Below are positions 18,554 to 29,936 of a stretch of DNA of 32,000 bases, one piece after another (position 1 is the stretch's first letter; every line of letters starts with the position of its first letter). The notes below the pieces were generated by a model. It did no database searches and was not told the DNA's origin. It saw nothing but the letters and a program-made list of their open reading frames with translations. This DNA is from Candidatus Saccharimonadota bacterium (lineage in GTDB: Bacteria; Patescibacteriota; Gracilibacteria; BD1-5; UBA2023): contig BAAFHK010000002.1 in the NCBI GenBank assembly GCA_042852035.1, positions 210,001 to 242,000 on the forward strand. Reading direction: 5' to 3'. A program made the position numbers and the translations under genes.

Positions 18554-18612
18554 AAATATTTGGTTAGTTATTTCTTATTCTCTATCCCTGAGAGTCGGGA
18601 TAGAGAATACGG

Positions 18613-19021
18613 TACTCTCGAAAAGGGATAATAAGCCGGATTCTGTACCTCGATGCATATCTATCTAGGCTATGGATTACTCCATAACTCAAGCGGAGTA
18701 TATCAAGATTGGCTGCTCTAGGGCATTATCAATTCTGATACCATTCTCCTTGCATCAGAGAGGGTTTTCCACCCCTTACGGGTTCATCTGTAGCCCTTCC
18801 TTTTTACTTATGAATATTCATAAAATCAAAAGTGAGACACCAAATGACTTTTCACCTTTTACTAGAAAAAATTCTAGTGAGTATAGTCTCTGTGGCACTT
18901 TCCGTACTCTACATTTCATTTATATTGTAGAGCCAAAGCCGTTAGCTTTTCTCCTCCTAGAGTGATGTCCAGACTTTCCTCTCATAGAGTATGAGCATGC
19001 ATCTGTCCCTTTTTGAGAGTA
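18613..19021 (-). ncRNA. rnpB: RNase P RNA (bacterial)
   Basis: Both universally conserved P4 strands are present on the minus strand: GAGGAAAGUCUGGAC (plus 18967-18981) and ACAGAAUCCGGCUUAU (plus 18631-18646). The terminal P1 helix pairs UACUCUCAAAAAGGGA with UCCCUUUUCGAGAGUA (plus 19006-19021 / 18613-18628). The 550-nt gap has no ORF. Confidence 0.8.
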
Positions 19022-19103
19022 TAGAGAGTATAGGACGAAAGATGATTTAGTAAAGATAATTTTGTGTCTCTATACTTTTTATATAAAGTGAGTTTAGTTT
19101 TTC

Positions 19104-19733
19104 ATGATGGATAGAGTTTTTCTCATAGGTGTTGATGAGGCTGGAAGATGAGCTTGGGCCTGACCAGTATGTGCCTGAGCATTTTGTGTTCCAATTGATT
19201 TTGATTTTTCCCTCCTTGTCTGATTAACTGATTCCAAGAAGCTTTCTCCCATTATTCGCGAAAGACTCTTTTGAGATATAGAAAAGTTATCTCGAGAAGG
19301 GAAGTGTCGATATGCTTTCGGAGAATCAGATGCTCAATGCATAGATGAAGTTGGTATACGCGAAGCAAATAGAAGAGCTATGAAGAATGCACTAATTCAG
19401 GTACTTCAAAATATGGAATCCGATTCAAAATACAGTATCCTCATTGATGGGAGGGATAACTATAAATTTGAATGAATTTCAATGAATCTTGTAAAATACA
19501 TCATTCACTGAGATCTAATAGAGCCAGTAATTTCTGCGGCTTCGATTATTGCAAAGGTTGGAAGAGATAGAATTATGTGTGATTTTTCGAAGGATTGCCC
19601 TGAGTATCAGTTCTCCCTTCATAAGGGCTATGGAACAAAGAAACATCAGGATGCACTTCTATACTATGGCATACATCCTCTTCATCGCAAGTCCTATGCC
19701 CCAGTGAAAGCCTTGATTTCGGAGAAAGCATAG
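19104..19733 (+). CDS. rnhB: Ribonuclease HII
   Basis: 209 aa. The motif is GVDEAGRG(TGA)AWAG(TGA)PV, followed by DSKKLS and HKGYGTKKH. It ends in TAG at 19731-19733. Confidence 0.9.
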
Positions 19734-19760
19734 GTAGAATTTAGTAAATAACTTTTTTTT

Positions 19761-20846
19761 ATGCGCTTTCGAATACTTATCCTCCTCTCGATTATGGTTC
19801 CTTTTGTTGGGGCAAATGCCGCAACAACACTCGATCCTTCAACAGCTGTTAATACCCTGAATCTTCTTATTTCTCAATACGAGACTCGTATAAAGCAACT
19901 AGAGGCAGAAAATGCCGTTCTTCGAAACGAGATGATGAAGGCTGGTATCAAAATCCCTCTTTCTGATTACTCTGGAGTTGTTGTATCTCAGGTTGTGGTG
20001 GTTCCTTCAAATCCTATTGTTATTCCGGTAACAGTTACCTGAAGTCAGATTGATGCAGGGACAGGATTGGTGAATCAGGCAATAGCCTCCAGCTCTGAAA
20101 GTGAACTTATTTCTACTTATGGAAAAGATGTAGCAGAGTTTATTAAAAAAGTGAATACTGATTGGAAATCAATCAAGGAGTATTATAAATTTCATTCTTG
20201 ATCGAGAATTGCTGGATATGAGTTTGTCCAGTCTTGAGCGAATGACCATGTTTTTGTTGATATAGTAATCGGGACTTGAACAACATGAGTATATGATATG
20301 AAAGTCCTCTATCAGTTTGAAAAAAAGGAATATAAGAGAAAACTCCTTGGTATTTTTGAGTATAATGCAAGTTTAGGTAAATACTCTACTCGTCCAGGTG
20401 GGACAAACCCATTTGCTTGAGTCCCACGAATCTTTGTAAAGGACCCATGATTTACATGAGGGGTTTCTATTCCCGCAACTGTCTCGAGTTCGTGAACTAC
20501 TACAACAACTGTAAATACCCAAGTGACTCCCACTCAGACAACGAGCTCGAGTCAGCAGGCAGAAATAGCTGATATTCTTAAAGCGTATAGTGAAAAGAAA
20601 TACCTATCTACTATATCACTCTCAAACGCCTACCTTGAAAAAAATCCTGCTACTATAGAGATATTGAATGTTCGATATCGAACCTACTTTATCATTGGTA
20701 AATTTAGTGAATCTCTCACAGAGCTTGCGAAAATGGAAAAACTTTGAGGTCTTGATCGTCAGACAGCATGTAATGCTCAAGTCATAGCAACTTATAGTAA
20801 GAATCAGGCACTCATCGATAAATACACAGCTGTTTGCAAGAAGTAA
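19761..20846 (+). CDS. Secreted hypothetical protein (signal peptide, coiled coil, Thr/Ser linker, TPR-like C-terminus)
   Basis: 361 aa with TGA=Gly, joining track ORFs 19761..20042 and 20523..20747 (same frame; I checked the interval for TAA/TAG). The N-terminus is MRFRILILLSIMVPFVGANA. It ends in TAA. Confidence 0.65.
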
Positions 20847-20860
20847 AAATCAGAATAATA

Positions 20861-20885
20861 AAAAAGGCACACTTAGTGCCTTTTT
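20861..20885. terminator. Bidirectional hairpin terminator
   Basis: A perfect 10-bp stem, aaaaaggcac (20861-20870) / gtgccttttt (20876-20885), with loop actta. It lies between converging genes. Confidence 0.65.
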
Positions 20886-21253
20886 TATTTATGAATTCCT
20901 TCTTGTTTTTGTTTCATGGCGATTCGTAATCGTTCGACTTTATCTTTAAGGGGACTATCAGATTTGAGCGAAAAACTCGATCCACATCAACATCGAGTAT
21001 TTATATTTTGGCTTGTAAAAATCCACTTGCTTCATGCTTGGGTAATCCTTGCATTTTCCAAAAGGGCACTTTCATCATCTTTGATATATAGAGTAATATC
21101 ATCTTGGACTATTTCCTTATTACAGAGGCTATTTTTCCCTCTTTCAACTTGTATTTTTGTCCCAGCACAACCGCTTTTATAGAAAAAAACAGAGAGACTA
21201 TTTACGCCTTCTTTTTTCCAGGTTTCTAGGGAGAGTTTATCGAAATAAATCAT
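20885..21253 (-). CDS. HesB/IscA-family iron-sulfur cluster insertion protein
   Basis: About 122 aa. The C-terminal signature is C-G-C-G-S-S-F, with the first Gly encoded by TGA (20987-20989). It ends in TAA at 20885-20887. I chose the ATG at 21253 because the upstream gene stops at 21264; an alternative ATG lies at 21292. Confidence 0.85.
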
Positions 21254-21263
21254 AAAAGTAATT

Positions 21264-22343
21264 TTATTTTTCCTGAAACTGCCATTGACCATCTTTTTTT
21301 CTTACGGTCCAACCATTCTGGTCTTGTATGGTTGGAATAAATTTAAGAAGTCATTTTTCTAGAATCCCGCTTCAGGTAGTAACTTCAGGGTGGTTCTTTG
21401 TTATCTCTGAGATAAACCCGAGATAGAATTGCTTTATAGCTCTTATATTAAATCCATAGCAAGTGTTTCATGATGATGCAATAATGTTGTCGCCTGTTTT
21501 TGGATGCTTCAAATTTTTCTCATAGGTTCAGAGTCAACCAATAAAGTCTTGGAATGAGGTTGTTTTATATTTTTTGAGCAGAAGAGCTGTTTCTTTTTGG
21601 CAAGTATATGGATCTTCATCATAAGCTCAAGCAGCAATCAAAAGAAAGCGCTCTCAAGAACTTTTGTAATCTCCGAGCTTTGCTTGCATGAGCGGTCATA
21701 GGAACTGTGCCGCTTTTGGTCAATCTTCTTCGAGGCTTGCGACTTTGAAGTATTGTTCTGCCTTGGAATACTCTCAAAGCTCATTCGCTGTTATTGCAAC
21801 ATTATATGCAAGCATTGAATCATTGCAGGGGTTTTTTAATTCACTATTATTCCAGAGTTCTCTACCAATTTCACTTGAATATATTTTTTGAAGCTTTTCT
21901 TGGTTGCAGTTTTCTTGGATGCCCTTTTCTCAAATTCGTAGAGCTTCTAGAGTAACTTGTCTTCGCTTCTCATAATCCTCTCGATCAGTATTTACATTTG
22001 GTGAGAGTATCAGGGCAAGATTATATGCTTCAGAAAAATGAGGGTGAAGGATGGTTATTTTTTCTACAATGGCATTTAAAAAATTATTATACCCTTCATT
22101 AAAGATATTGTCTCATATGTATTGGATAAGTTGTATCCAGAGGGTGTCTGCAAAACTGTTCGTGTTGCCAGCTACAGTAAGTTCTATAAGATCGGTATCT
22201 GGGAGTGTTTCGGGGTGAAGTATTCTATAGTCCCAGAGATTACTATATTCATCATAAATCTTCCCTGTATTAAGTTGGAACGAAAAATATCCTCATAAGA
22301 GAATACAAAAGATAAGCATGAGAAAGGAAATCCTTTTTTTCAT
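21264..22343 (-). CDS. Membrane-anchored hypothetical protein
   Basis: 359 aa with TGA=Gly, entirely invisible in the track. It has an N-terminal TM (MKKRISFLMLIFCILLGGYF). It ends in TAA at 21264-21266. I recognise no family. Confidence 0.6.
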
Positions 22344-22345
22344 AA

Positions 22346-22870
22346 TTATATACCAACACCTTCAAGGGAAAGGCTATCAATATCATTTGATGGTGTTCTA
22401 TCTTTTTGAGGTTGATTGTTCGCTATAATGGCTCAAGTGTAGCTCAACATAAGGGCTCTTTCTTCTCATTCTCCCTCACTTCTTGTGCTGAGTCATTCAA
22501 TCTTTTTCTCAGAAATATAGTTATGCGCTTTCTTTCTCTCAAATGCAGAAAGATTCGGTATCCGTATAGATTTACCGGTTGACATAACAAAAGCAATTTT
22601 TGATTCAAGAAATTTGAAAAGTCTCTCATCTTTTGACTTCATGTAGTCATTAACTTCAAGATGAAGGTGAATGAATCTTCCAAGTTTTTTTTCTGCAACT
22701 CGACCGAGGAGGTGCTTAAAAACTTCCATATTTTTTCCATGCTGTCCTATGATGAGTGAGGAATCAGGAGTTTCGATATTTATAGATACATCATCACCCT
22801 CTTCCGTAATGGTAAGGGAGTCAATTTGTATGCCAAGTCCTTCAAAAAATGATTGAGTAAAAGTTTTCAT
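22346..22870 (-). CDS. khpB: Jag/KhpB-like RNA-binding protein (KH plus R3H domains)
   Basis: 174 aa. KH-like segment: IIGQHGKNMEVFKHLL. R3H segment: LSAFERKKAHNYISE...G(TGA)LSTRSEGEGEERALML. The TAA at 22346-22348 is followed 3 nt later by the next ATG. Confidence 0.75.
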
Positions 22871-22950
22871 GTGATGATTATATTGATTTTTTTATATATT
22901 CAATGAATTCATTGACTTTAGAGAATCTCTTATAGAGTTTTTTATAATAC

Positions 22951-23038
22951 TGGCGGAGAGAGGGGGATTCGAACCCCCGGTGCATCACTGCACACACCCC
23001 TTCCAAGGGTGCACGATCGACCACTCTGACATCTCTCC
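22951..23038 (-). tRNA. tRNA-Ser (anticodon GGA), long variable arm, CCA encoded
   Basis: The acceptor stem is GGAGAGA/TCTCTCC. The anticodon stem is CACCC/GGGTG with loop T-T-GGA-A-G. The long variable arm is TGTGCAGTGATGCACC. The T arm is GGGGG-TTCGAAT-CCCCC. Confidence 0.9.
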
Positions 23039-23220
23039 ATGCGAGTGGACTATTTATATAAAAATCAGGGTATAATTCAAGGTAAAATAATCCTACCAGT
23101 TATCAAAATCTTACTTGATTCTTCGTATCTTTTTCATATACTAGTCGGAGTACAAATGTTATCTTTTGGCTTAATGTAGGCTCTACTAGGAGATATTTTA
23201 CTTCCTAATACTAAGAATTT

Positions 23221-23487
23221 ATGAAAATAAAAGATGTAGTTCAGAAAAAGCGAGTTGGCGATAGACTTCGCCGCATCGAATGACAGATTCGATGAGTCAT
23301 TCAGATGATTGAAGACGAAGCAAGTGTTGCAAGTATTGTTCAACAGCTTTCTGCTGTTAGAAGCGCTATGGGGCAGGCAATTAATGAAGAAATTGTCTGT
23401 ACTATTGAAAAAATGTCCGATAAAAAATCATCCCTCGAACAAAAAGATTATGACGAAATCAGAGATCTCATGAAGGTGGCTCGATAA
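23221..23487 (+). CDS. CsoR/RcnR/FrmR-family (DUF156) transcriptional repressor
   Basis: 88 aa. The motif is RLRRIEG(TGA)QIRG(TGA)VIQMIED, followed by IVQQLSAVRSAM. It ends in TAA. Track ORF 23305..23487 is the C-terminal fragment. Confidence 0.75.
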
Positions 23488-24085
23488 TTTCCGTAAGGTT
23501 ACTTCCGTTTGGCTCGCTTTTTGGAGAGGAGTCTGAAAATTTCTTCCAGATTCTTTCAATAAGAAGTGGGTATTTTTTTGGAAGAATATCGGATATGGAC
23601 TTCCTTCATCATCATTTCTTATATCACGAATGCTCCGGTATGTAGAATGGGACTGAGTAAAACAAGTTGTTGAACTTGGTTGATGAACTGGTGTAATGAC
23701 TCGAGCTATTCTTGAAAAAAAGAATGATTCTACACATTTAACTTCTTGTGAAATAGAAAAGGACCGATATGAGTGACTCAGGAAGTACCACAATAATCAT
23801 ACAAGCATAGTTCATCTCGATGCGGAAGCTTGTTTAAATTCATTTCCTCGAGAGGGTGTTGATATTGTTATATCTACTCTGCCACTTGGAAGTATGAATC
23901 CTATACATGCACGAGAAATCTTGGTTGCGATTTCTCGTGCGCTAAAAAACGATGGACTCTATATCCAGTATCAGTATTTTGGAACAAATAAGGAAGATAT
24001 TGAAAAACTGTTTTATATTATAAAAAATGACTGGGAGCCAATAAATTTTCCTCCAGCGTTTATTTATATCTGTAAGAAAAGATAA
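23450..24085 (+). CDS. Class I SAM-dependent methyltransferase (phospholipid N-methyltransferase-like, COG3963-type)
   Basis: About 211 aa. It has PSSSFL, then motif I VVELG-G(TGA)-G(TGA)-TGVMT. Track ORF 23894..24085 is the C-terminal fragment. It ends in TAA. The start at ATG 23450 overlaps the preceding gene by 38 nt and is uncertain. Confidence 0.7.
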
Positions 24086-24360
24086 AAAAAGATTTGCTTA
24101 ATTCGCACCCTCTGATATACTCACTCCTGTTAAAGCTCAGCCTTAAGTTCAATTTTCCTTAATCACTTGGTGGTTCTCGTGAAGCAGGAGTTCACAGCAG
24201 AATGCATATATTTTATACTAGGTATACCTTCAATTCGGAAGTATTTTTTTATTTCCCCTCTTAAATTTGTATAAGCAAGTGATTTTTTCTGTAAAATCTT
24301 TTGACTTTCCCTTGACTCGGGCTACCTTCTAGACCAGTTATCTCTAAAAACTCTAAACAA

Positions 24361-26922
24361 ATGCCCAAGAATCTTGTGATTGTTGAGTCGCCAGCAAAGG
24401 CTAAAAAAATAGGAGAATATCTTGGTAAAGACTACCAAGTTGAGGCTTCTATATGACATATTCGTGATCTGCCAGAGAAATCCATAGGAGTTGATATCGA
24501 AGGAGGGTTTATTCCAAGTTATGAAATTTCTCCCGATAAAAAAAAGCGCGTCACTGAACTCAAGGCATTTGCAAAAAAAGCAGATCATATCATCCTCGCT
24601 ACTGATCCGGATCGTGAATGAGAGGCAATCGCATGGCATCTTGCCCATGTATTTGATATAGACCCAAAAGATGCCACAAGAGTTACCTATAACGAGATTA
24701 CCAAAAATGCTATTGTAGATGCATTTTCGAAACCTGGAAAGATTGATATGGAACTCGTGAATGCTCAGCAATCGCGTAGAATCCTTGATCGTATTGTTTG
24801 ATATGAAGTTTCTCCTGTTCTTTGGAGAAAGGTGAGGTCTGGGCTTTCTGCCTGAAGAGTTCAATCAGTCGCTGTAAAATTATTGGTTGAGCGAGAGAGG
24901 GAAATCCGAGCCTTTATTCCTGATGAATCATGGAATATACGTGCTTTTTCAAAAACGAGCGGGCTGGATTTTCCTCTCGAGTTTACAAAAATCTCAGGAA
25001 AAAATCAAAAGCTTAAAAATGAAGAAGAAGCAAGGGAATTTTTTCTCTCACATGGGATTGATATCTGAGTCATAAAAAAAGAGAAAAATAAGAAGGGGAA
25101 TATTCTTTATACGGTTCCACATGAGGAAAATTTTGTACTTGAAGATATTGAAAAGAAAGAATCAAAACGTTTTCCGGGCGCTCCTTTTACTACCTCAACT
25201 CTTCAACAGGAGGCTTCCCGTAAACTTGGTTACGGCGTAAAGATGACCATGGATATTGCGCAAAGGCTTTACCAAAATGGGCATATTACGTATATGCGAA
25301 CAGATTCAGTAAATCTTTCGGATCAAGCTATCTCGTCAGCAAAGAACTTTATCGATAAAGAGTTTTGAAGTGAATATAGTCTTCCTCAGGGGCGAAAATA
25401 TAAAACAAAACAGGCAAACGCTCAAGAAGCACATGAGGCGATACGACCTACTTACATCGATAAGACGCCAGAAAAAAGCTGACTTGATGCTCAAGAATTC
25501 AAGCTTTATAAGCTTATATGGGAAAGAACGGTTGCTTCTCAGATGGCTGAGGCAATTATTGAAACAACAACATATCGATTTATTCCTGAAAAAAATAGAA
25601 GCGAAGAGTGGATTTCAAAGGGGGAAGTTATTATTTTCCCAGGTTTCATGAAGCTCTATATAGAAGGAACTGATGATGAAGAAAATGAAGAAAGTCGAAA
25701 ACTTCCTCTTCTTGAAAAAGGAAAAATAATAACTTCCCATACTCTTTTTGGGGAGCAGAAATTTACTCTTCCTCCACCCAGATATACAGAAGCTTCTCTT
25801 GTGAAAAAACTTGAAAGTGAAGGAATTGGTCGACCAGCAACTTATGCTGCTACAATTCAGACGATTCAAGATCGAGGATATGTTGTTATAGAGGCGAAAA
25901 AACTCCTTCCGACGGATATTGCCTTTGTGGTAACTGATTATCTTGAAAAGGAATTTACGAATTTCATGCAATATGACTTTACAGCTCGAATTGAAGAAGA
26001 TTTTGATGAAATTTCTCGTTGAGAGCTGAATTGGAAAGATATGCTAAGTGATTTCTATGTTCCATTTCATAAAAATATAGAATCTGCACTTGGAAGTGAG
26101 GGTCGTTTTTCTGGTGAAAGAAATCTCGGTAAAGATCCTGCAACTGGTAGAAGTGTTATTGCTCGTATGAGTCGATTTGGTCCTGTGGTTCAGATAGGGT
26201 CTCCTGATGAGCTTTGAGAAGATGAAAAACCTCGATATGCAAATCTTTCTCCTGGTATGTCAATTGATGATGTCTCACTTGAGGAATCTTTGGCACTTTT
26301 TTCATTTCCAAAAGAAATTGGTAGTTATGAAGATAAACCTCTTATGATTTGACAGGGGCGTTATGGTCCATATGTCAAATGGGGGGAGGCATTTATTTCC
26401 ATCCCAAGAACAGAAGATCCTCATGCGGTTGATCTTAGTAGGGCTATCGAACTTATCGAAGAGAAGAAAAAAGCAGATGCACCTGTTGGTATGTATGAAT
26501 GAGTATGATATACGAAAGGGAAGTGACGTTTTGGTCCATTTCTTAAATGGAAGGACCTCTATATCAATGTTCCTAAATCAATTGATTTCGAAGAAATTAC
26601 AGAAGAAGAAGCTCACAGGCTCATCTCGGCTAAAGTTGAAAAAGAAGCAAATAGATATATCCATAACTGGCCAGAAGAAAAGATTTCTGTGGAACGAGGA
26701 AGATACGGACCTTATATTAAATTTGGAAAAGAGAACCTTTACCTTAAAAAGTGAGGAAAAAAAGTAACAGATGAGACAGAAATAAATAATCTTACACTTG
26801 AAGAAGTGAAAGGAATGATTACAGAACAATTACCAAATGCCTTCGGAAAGGTGAAATCAAAAACTGATCCTAAGAAGGCAAATACAAAAAAGAAGACGGT
26901 AAAAAAGAAGAAAGAGAATTAG
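24361..26922 (+). CDS. topA: DNA topoisomerase I
   Basis: 853 aa with TGA=Gly. Motifs are [16 protein letters not shown](TGA)HIRDLP, TDPDREG(TGA)EAIAWH, LSAG(TGA)RVQS and YITYMRTDS. The C-terminus has RYGPY-type repeats and no Cys4 zinc fingers. It ends in TAG at 26920-26922. Confidence 0.95.
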
Positions 26923-26941
26923 TTCCAGGATATATCAATTT

Positions 26942-26972
26942 AACCGAATTTATATTCGGTTTTTTTGTTTTT
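26942..26972 (+). terminator. Rho-independent terminator after topA
   Basis: The stem is aaccgaat (26942-26949) / attcggtt (26954-26961) with loop ttat, followed by tttttgtttttt. Confidence 0.65.
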
Positions 26973-26998
26973 TCCTGAGTTATTCCTATACTCAGACC

Positions 26999-28840
26999 AT
27001 GAATTTTTTAAATAAAACGAAACGTTTTTTTGAGCCAGTTTTTCTGATGCCAAGAAATTTTTTCTGGAATATCTTTGAGGGTATTGCTATGGGTTGATAT
27101 TATATTTTCTCTTTTGAAATTCTCCGCAATATCTTTGCGAGCCTTATACAAGCAGATCTTCAAGATTTTTATACGCTCATTTATTGGTATTCAGGAGTTT
27201 CAATATTCTTAATGAGTGCCCGATTTCTTCTTTATAAAGAGTGATGGGCAAAAATCCTTTTCGATGGAACAAAAATATATTATGGAATTTATCTCAAGAA
27301 ATTTATTCAGGCAGATGGTAACATGATAGAAAGAATCTGAACTGGTAGATTTATAAATATTATTGATCGTTGAGTACATACTTGGATTGATGGACTTTTT
27401 GAAGTTACATTTAAGGCAACTATGAGCATTGTTATAGCACTCTATGCCGTGTATTTTGTTTTTGGTATCTCCAGTATTTTTTGAGTTATTCTCCTTATGG
27501 TAATTATTATCTCATGAGGTATTGCTACCATGGCGAACTTCTGGATGACAAAAAAAAGATACAAAAGACAGTTTGAAGAAAGAGAAGGTAAACATCAAGC
27601 CACAGTTGCTCTTATGTCTAAAAATGAACTTCTTCAATCAGGTTGAATCGAGAATATTTTAAGAAAAATTGATCACCATTTTACTCTTGCGAAAGTCTAT
27701 CAATATCCAGTTAATGTAGGGTTTCTTGTCATCGAAGAAGCGCCACGTTTTTTATTTCTTGTTATTCGCGTAGCGCTCTATATCTATATTGCACAATCAA
27801 TATTTGAAAAAACATGAGTTACCGTTGCTGACTTTGGTATTTTTATTGCTATAATATCTTTCACTGAGAAGGCACTCAATGAGTTTTTTCATCTCTTGCG
27901 TGATTTGCTGCGGAATTTTGCCTATATAGAGACTCTTTGGAGTACTTTTGACTCGTTACCATCGATAAAGGGATATGATACATGAAAAAAATTTCAAATT
28001 AAAACAGGAGAAAACCTTTCCCTCCACTCCCTCTCCTACACCTATACAGATACTCCTATATTCCAAAACCTCTCTCTTACTATAGAACAAGGAAAGAAAA
28101 CCGCATTAGTTGGTGCGAGTGGAGGAGGAAAAACTACTCTCATGAAACTCATAGCAGGATACCTTCATCCCGATGAAGGATATGTTTCTGTATTTTGAAA
28201 TAGACTCGATGAAACTGCCCTCAAAACCTACTATCCCCATATAGGGTATCTCACTCAAGAACCATGAGTCTTTGATGCAACCATACGAGAAAATCTTATA
28301 AGCGCTCTCCCAACCCTTCAAAGAGAAGACTCCATCTCTCACGAAGAAGACTCAACTCTTCAGACAGAATCATCCGACACAGAAGCAAAGCATACCGAAG
28401 AAATAAAGCATACCAAAGAAGCAAAACATACCGAAGAACAAATCATCAAAGCTCTTCGTCTCGCTCACTGTGATTTTGTCTTTGATCTCGAAAAATGACT
28501 CGATACAGAAATAGGTGAACGATGAGTCAGACTCAGTTGATGACAAAAACAACGACTCGCTATTGCTAAGATATTTCTCAAGAACCCAGAAATCATCCTT
28601 CTTGATGAACCAACAAGTGCTCTCGATTCCTTCTCAGAAGAACAAATCACCAAAGCTCTGGATACTCTTTTTCACTGAAGAACCGTCATCATCATCGCTC
28701 ACCGACTTCAAACCGTAAAGAAGGCTGATGACATCATTGTGATAGAATGATGAACCATCCATGAACGTTGAACCCACGAAGAACTCATTGCTAAATGAGG
28801 CATTTACCATAAGATGTTAGAGTTACAAAGCGGGTTTTAA
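26999..28840 (+). CDS. ABC exporter, fused permease and ATPase (MsbA-like half transporter)
   Basis: 613 aa with TGA=Gly. The N-terminal half is hydrophobic. Walker A is GASGGGKTT. The signature L-S-G-G-Q is encoded ctc agt TGA TGA caa (28532-28546). Walker B is [11 protein letters not shown]. It ends in TAA at 28838-28840. Confidence 0.9.
28385..28438 (+). repeat. Three tandem 18-nt coding repeats (AKHTEE / IKHTKE / AKHTEE) inside the ABC ATPase domain
   Basis: The in-frame units lie at 28385-28402, 28403-28420 and 28421-28438. Confidence 0.8.
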
Positions 28841-28841
28841 T

Positions 28842-29843
28842 ATGCGGATATTTGTATTTTTTACTCTCATACTGGGTCTCTCTTGGTCCCTTCCAATCTT
28901 CGCTGAAAATACGAAGAGTTTTAGTGGGCAGGTTGAAGATAAATTTGAGGGAGCTATTTCAAAAATAGTAAAGCTCAATAGAGAGGTGAAGATGAACCCA
29001 AAGAATATCATCATTGAAGAAATTTATAAAAGGAGAAATACCTATACGAAGTATGCAAAGAGTCTCTATAAATATTTAGAGATACGTAGTAGTCTGAAGC
29101 CCACAGTTGATGTCAGTGATAGATATAAACTTAGCCTCCAAAAATATCTTCTTTCATGCGAAATTGCTGCACTGAGAATGGTTGTTGAGGTTTTATCTTC
29201 TAAGTATATAAGCGAGGAAGATATTATGAGGGAGATTCCTCAGTTTGTGGCTCCATATAAAAATGGTATTTGGTGAGATCCAGAAAAAGAGTTTGTATGA
29301 TCTTATACTTGATCGCAAAAGATTGCTACATGATATGGAGTTTATGGTCTCCCGCTCTCCAGATTTCTCGATAGAAGATGATACAATAATCAATATTCTC
29401 ATACTCTTATGAGTAGTGGTATAACATGAGATATTCAATTGTCAGGAGCACTTGATGCGCTAAAGAAATGAGATCACATTATTTTTTGGGGAGACTGGTG
29501 TACTACACCAGCATTCGATGATTGAGTAGTAGATAAAATAGATATGTATGTCTTTAGAAATTTTACTATTTCATGACGCAATGAATGTGAAAGAGCCTCA
29601 GCAGAGAGAGTAATGACATGGAAGACGAAAGAGGGAACATCAGTTTCTGGAATTTCTTGAGAGCATGCATTTCTTCTTCTTGGTTACGTTTGATCCAAAG
29701 AAAATCCAACACATATAATCGTCTGGGATACCGACACGGGTAAACATATATATCCTATTCTTGAGTGGATGAGAAAATGGAGTACTCTTGATTACCGAAT
29801 GCTTATTGTAGAAAATAATTCTATGTATCGAAACAAAAAATAA
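28842..29843 (+). CDS. Secreted peptidase C39-like (C39_2 / BtrH-like) cysteine peptidase domain protein
   Basis: 333 aa with TGA=Gly, extending track ORF 28842..29276. The signal peptide is MRIFVFFTLILGLSWSLPIFA. The catalytic-type Cys context is LLSCEIAALRMV and the His context is EHAFLLLGYVG. Its ATG lies 1 nt after the ABC stop. It ends in TAA at 29841-29843. Confidence 0.65.
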
Positions 29844-29882
29844 TTTCATCAAGAGAAAAAGATTGATACCCCTTGCTGTATA

Positions 29883-29910
29883 TTGACAGGAGAAGAATTC
29901 TTTATAATAT
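29883..29910 (+). promoter_or_regulatory. Candidate promoter of the histone-like gene
   Basis: TTGACA lies at 29883-29888. A -10 box is either TATAAT at 29903-29908 (14-nt spacer) or TAATAT at 29905-29910 (16-nt spacer). Confidence 0.35.
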
Positions 29911-29936
29911 AGCCCATATATTTAACTTTTCCACAT

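Noticed and set aside
18577-18608. A 12-bp hairpin (attctctatccc / gggatagagaat) between the RNase P RNA 3' end and the adk start was considered as a terminator.
   Set aside because: It is not followed by a U-run on the minus strand, and adk starts 24 nt beyond it. It is more likely a processing or stability stem of the rnpB transcript. There is not enough evidence to annotate it.
23428-23793. A 121-aa minus-strand ORF.
   Set aside because: It is antisense to the methyltransferase gene, whose plus frame contains motif I ELGGGTG with TGA as Gly.
24086-24360. A 275-nt non-coding stretch upstream of topA containing ggtggttctcgtgaagcaggagttcacagcag, reminiscent of SRP (4.5S) RNA helix 8.
   Set aside because: The GNRA-like loop is not closed by Watson-Crick pairs. 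The conserved symmetric and asymmetric loop motifs cannot be placed, and no long terminal helix is visible on either strand. I make no call.
24322-24864. A 180-aa minus-strand ORF, the second longest in the track.
   Set aside because: It is antisense to the 5' part of topA, whose plus-strand frame carries the canonical Toprim and active-site motifs. The antisense frame is open only because it avoids stops by chance.
25370-26829. Track ORFs 25370..25651 (+), 25615..25971 (-), 26363..26767 (+) and 26578..26829 (-).
   Set aside because: They are off-frame or antisense within topA, and the topA frame is continuous from 24361 to 26922 under code 25.
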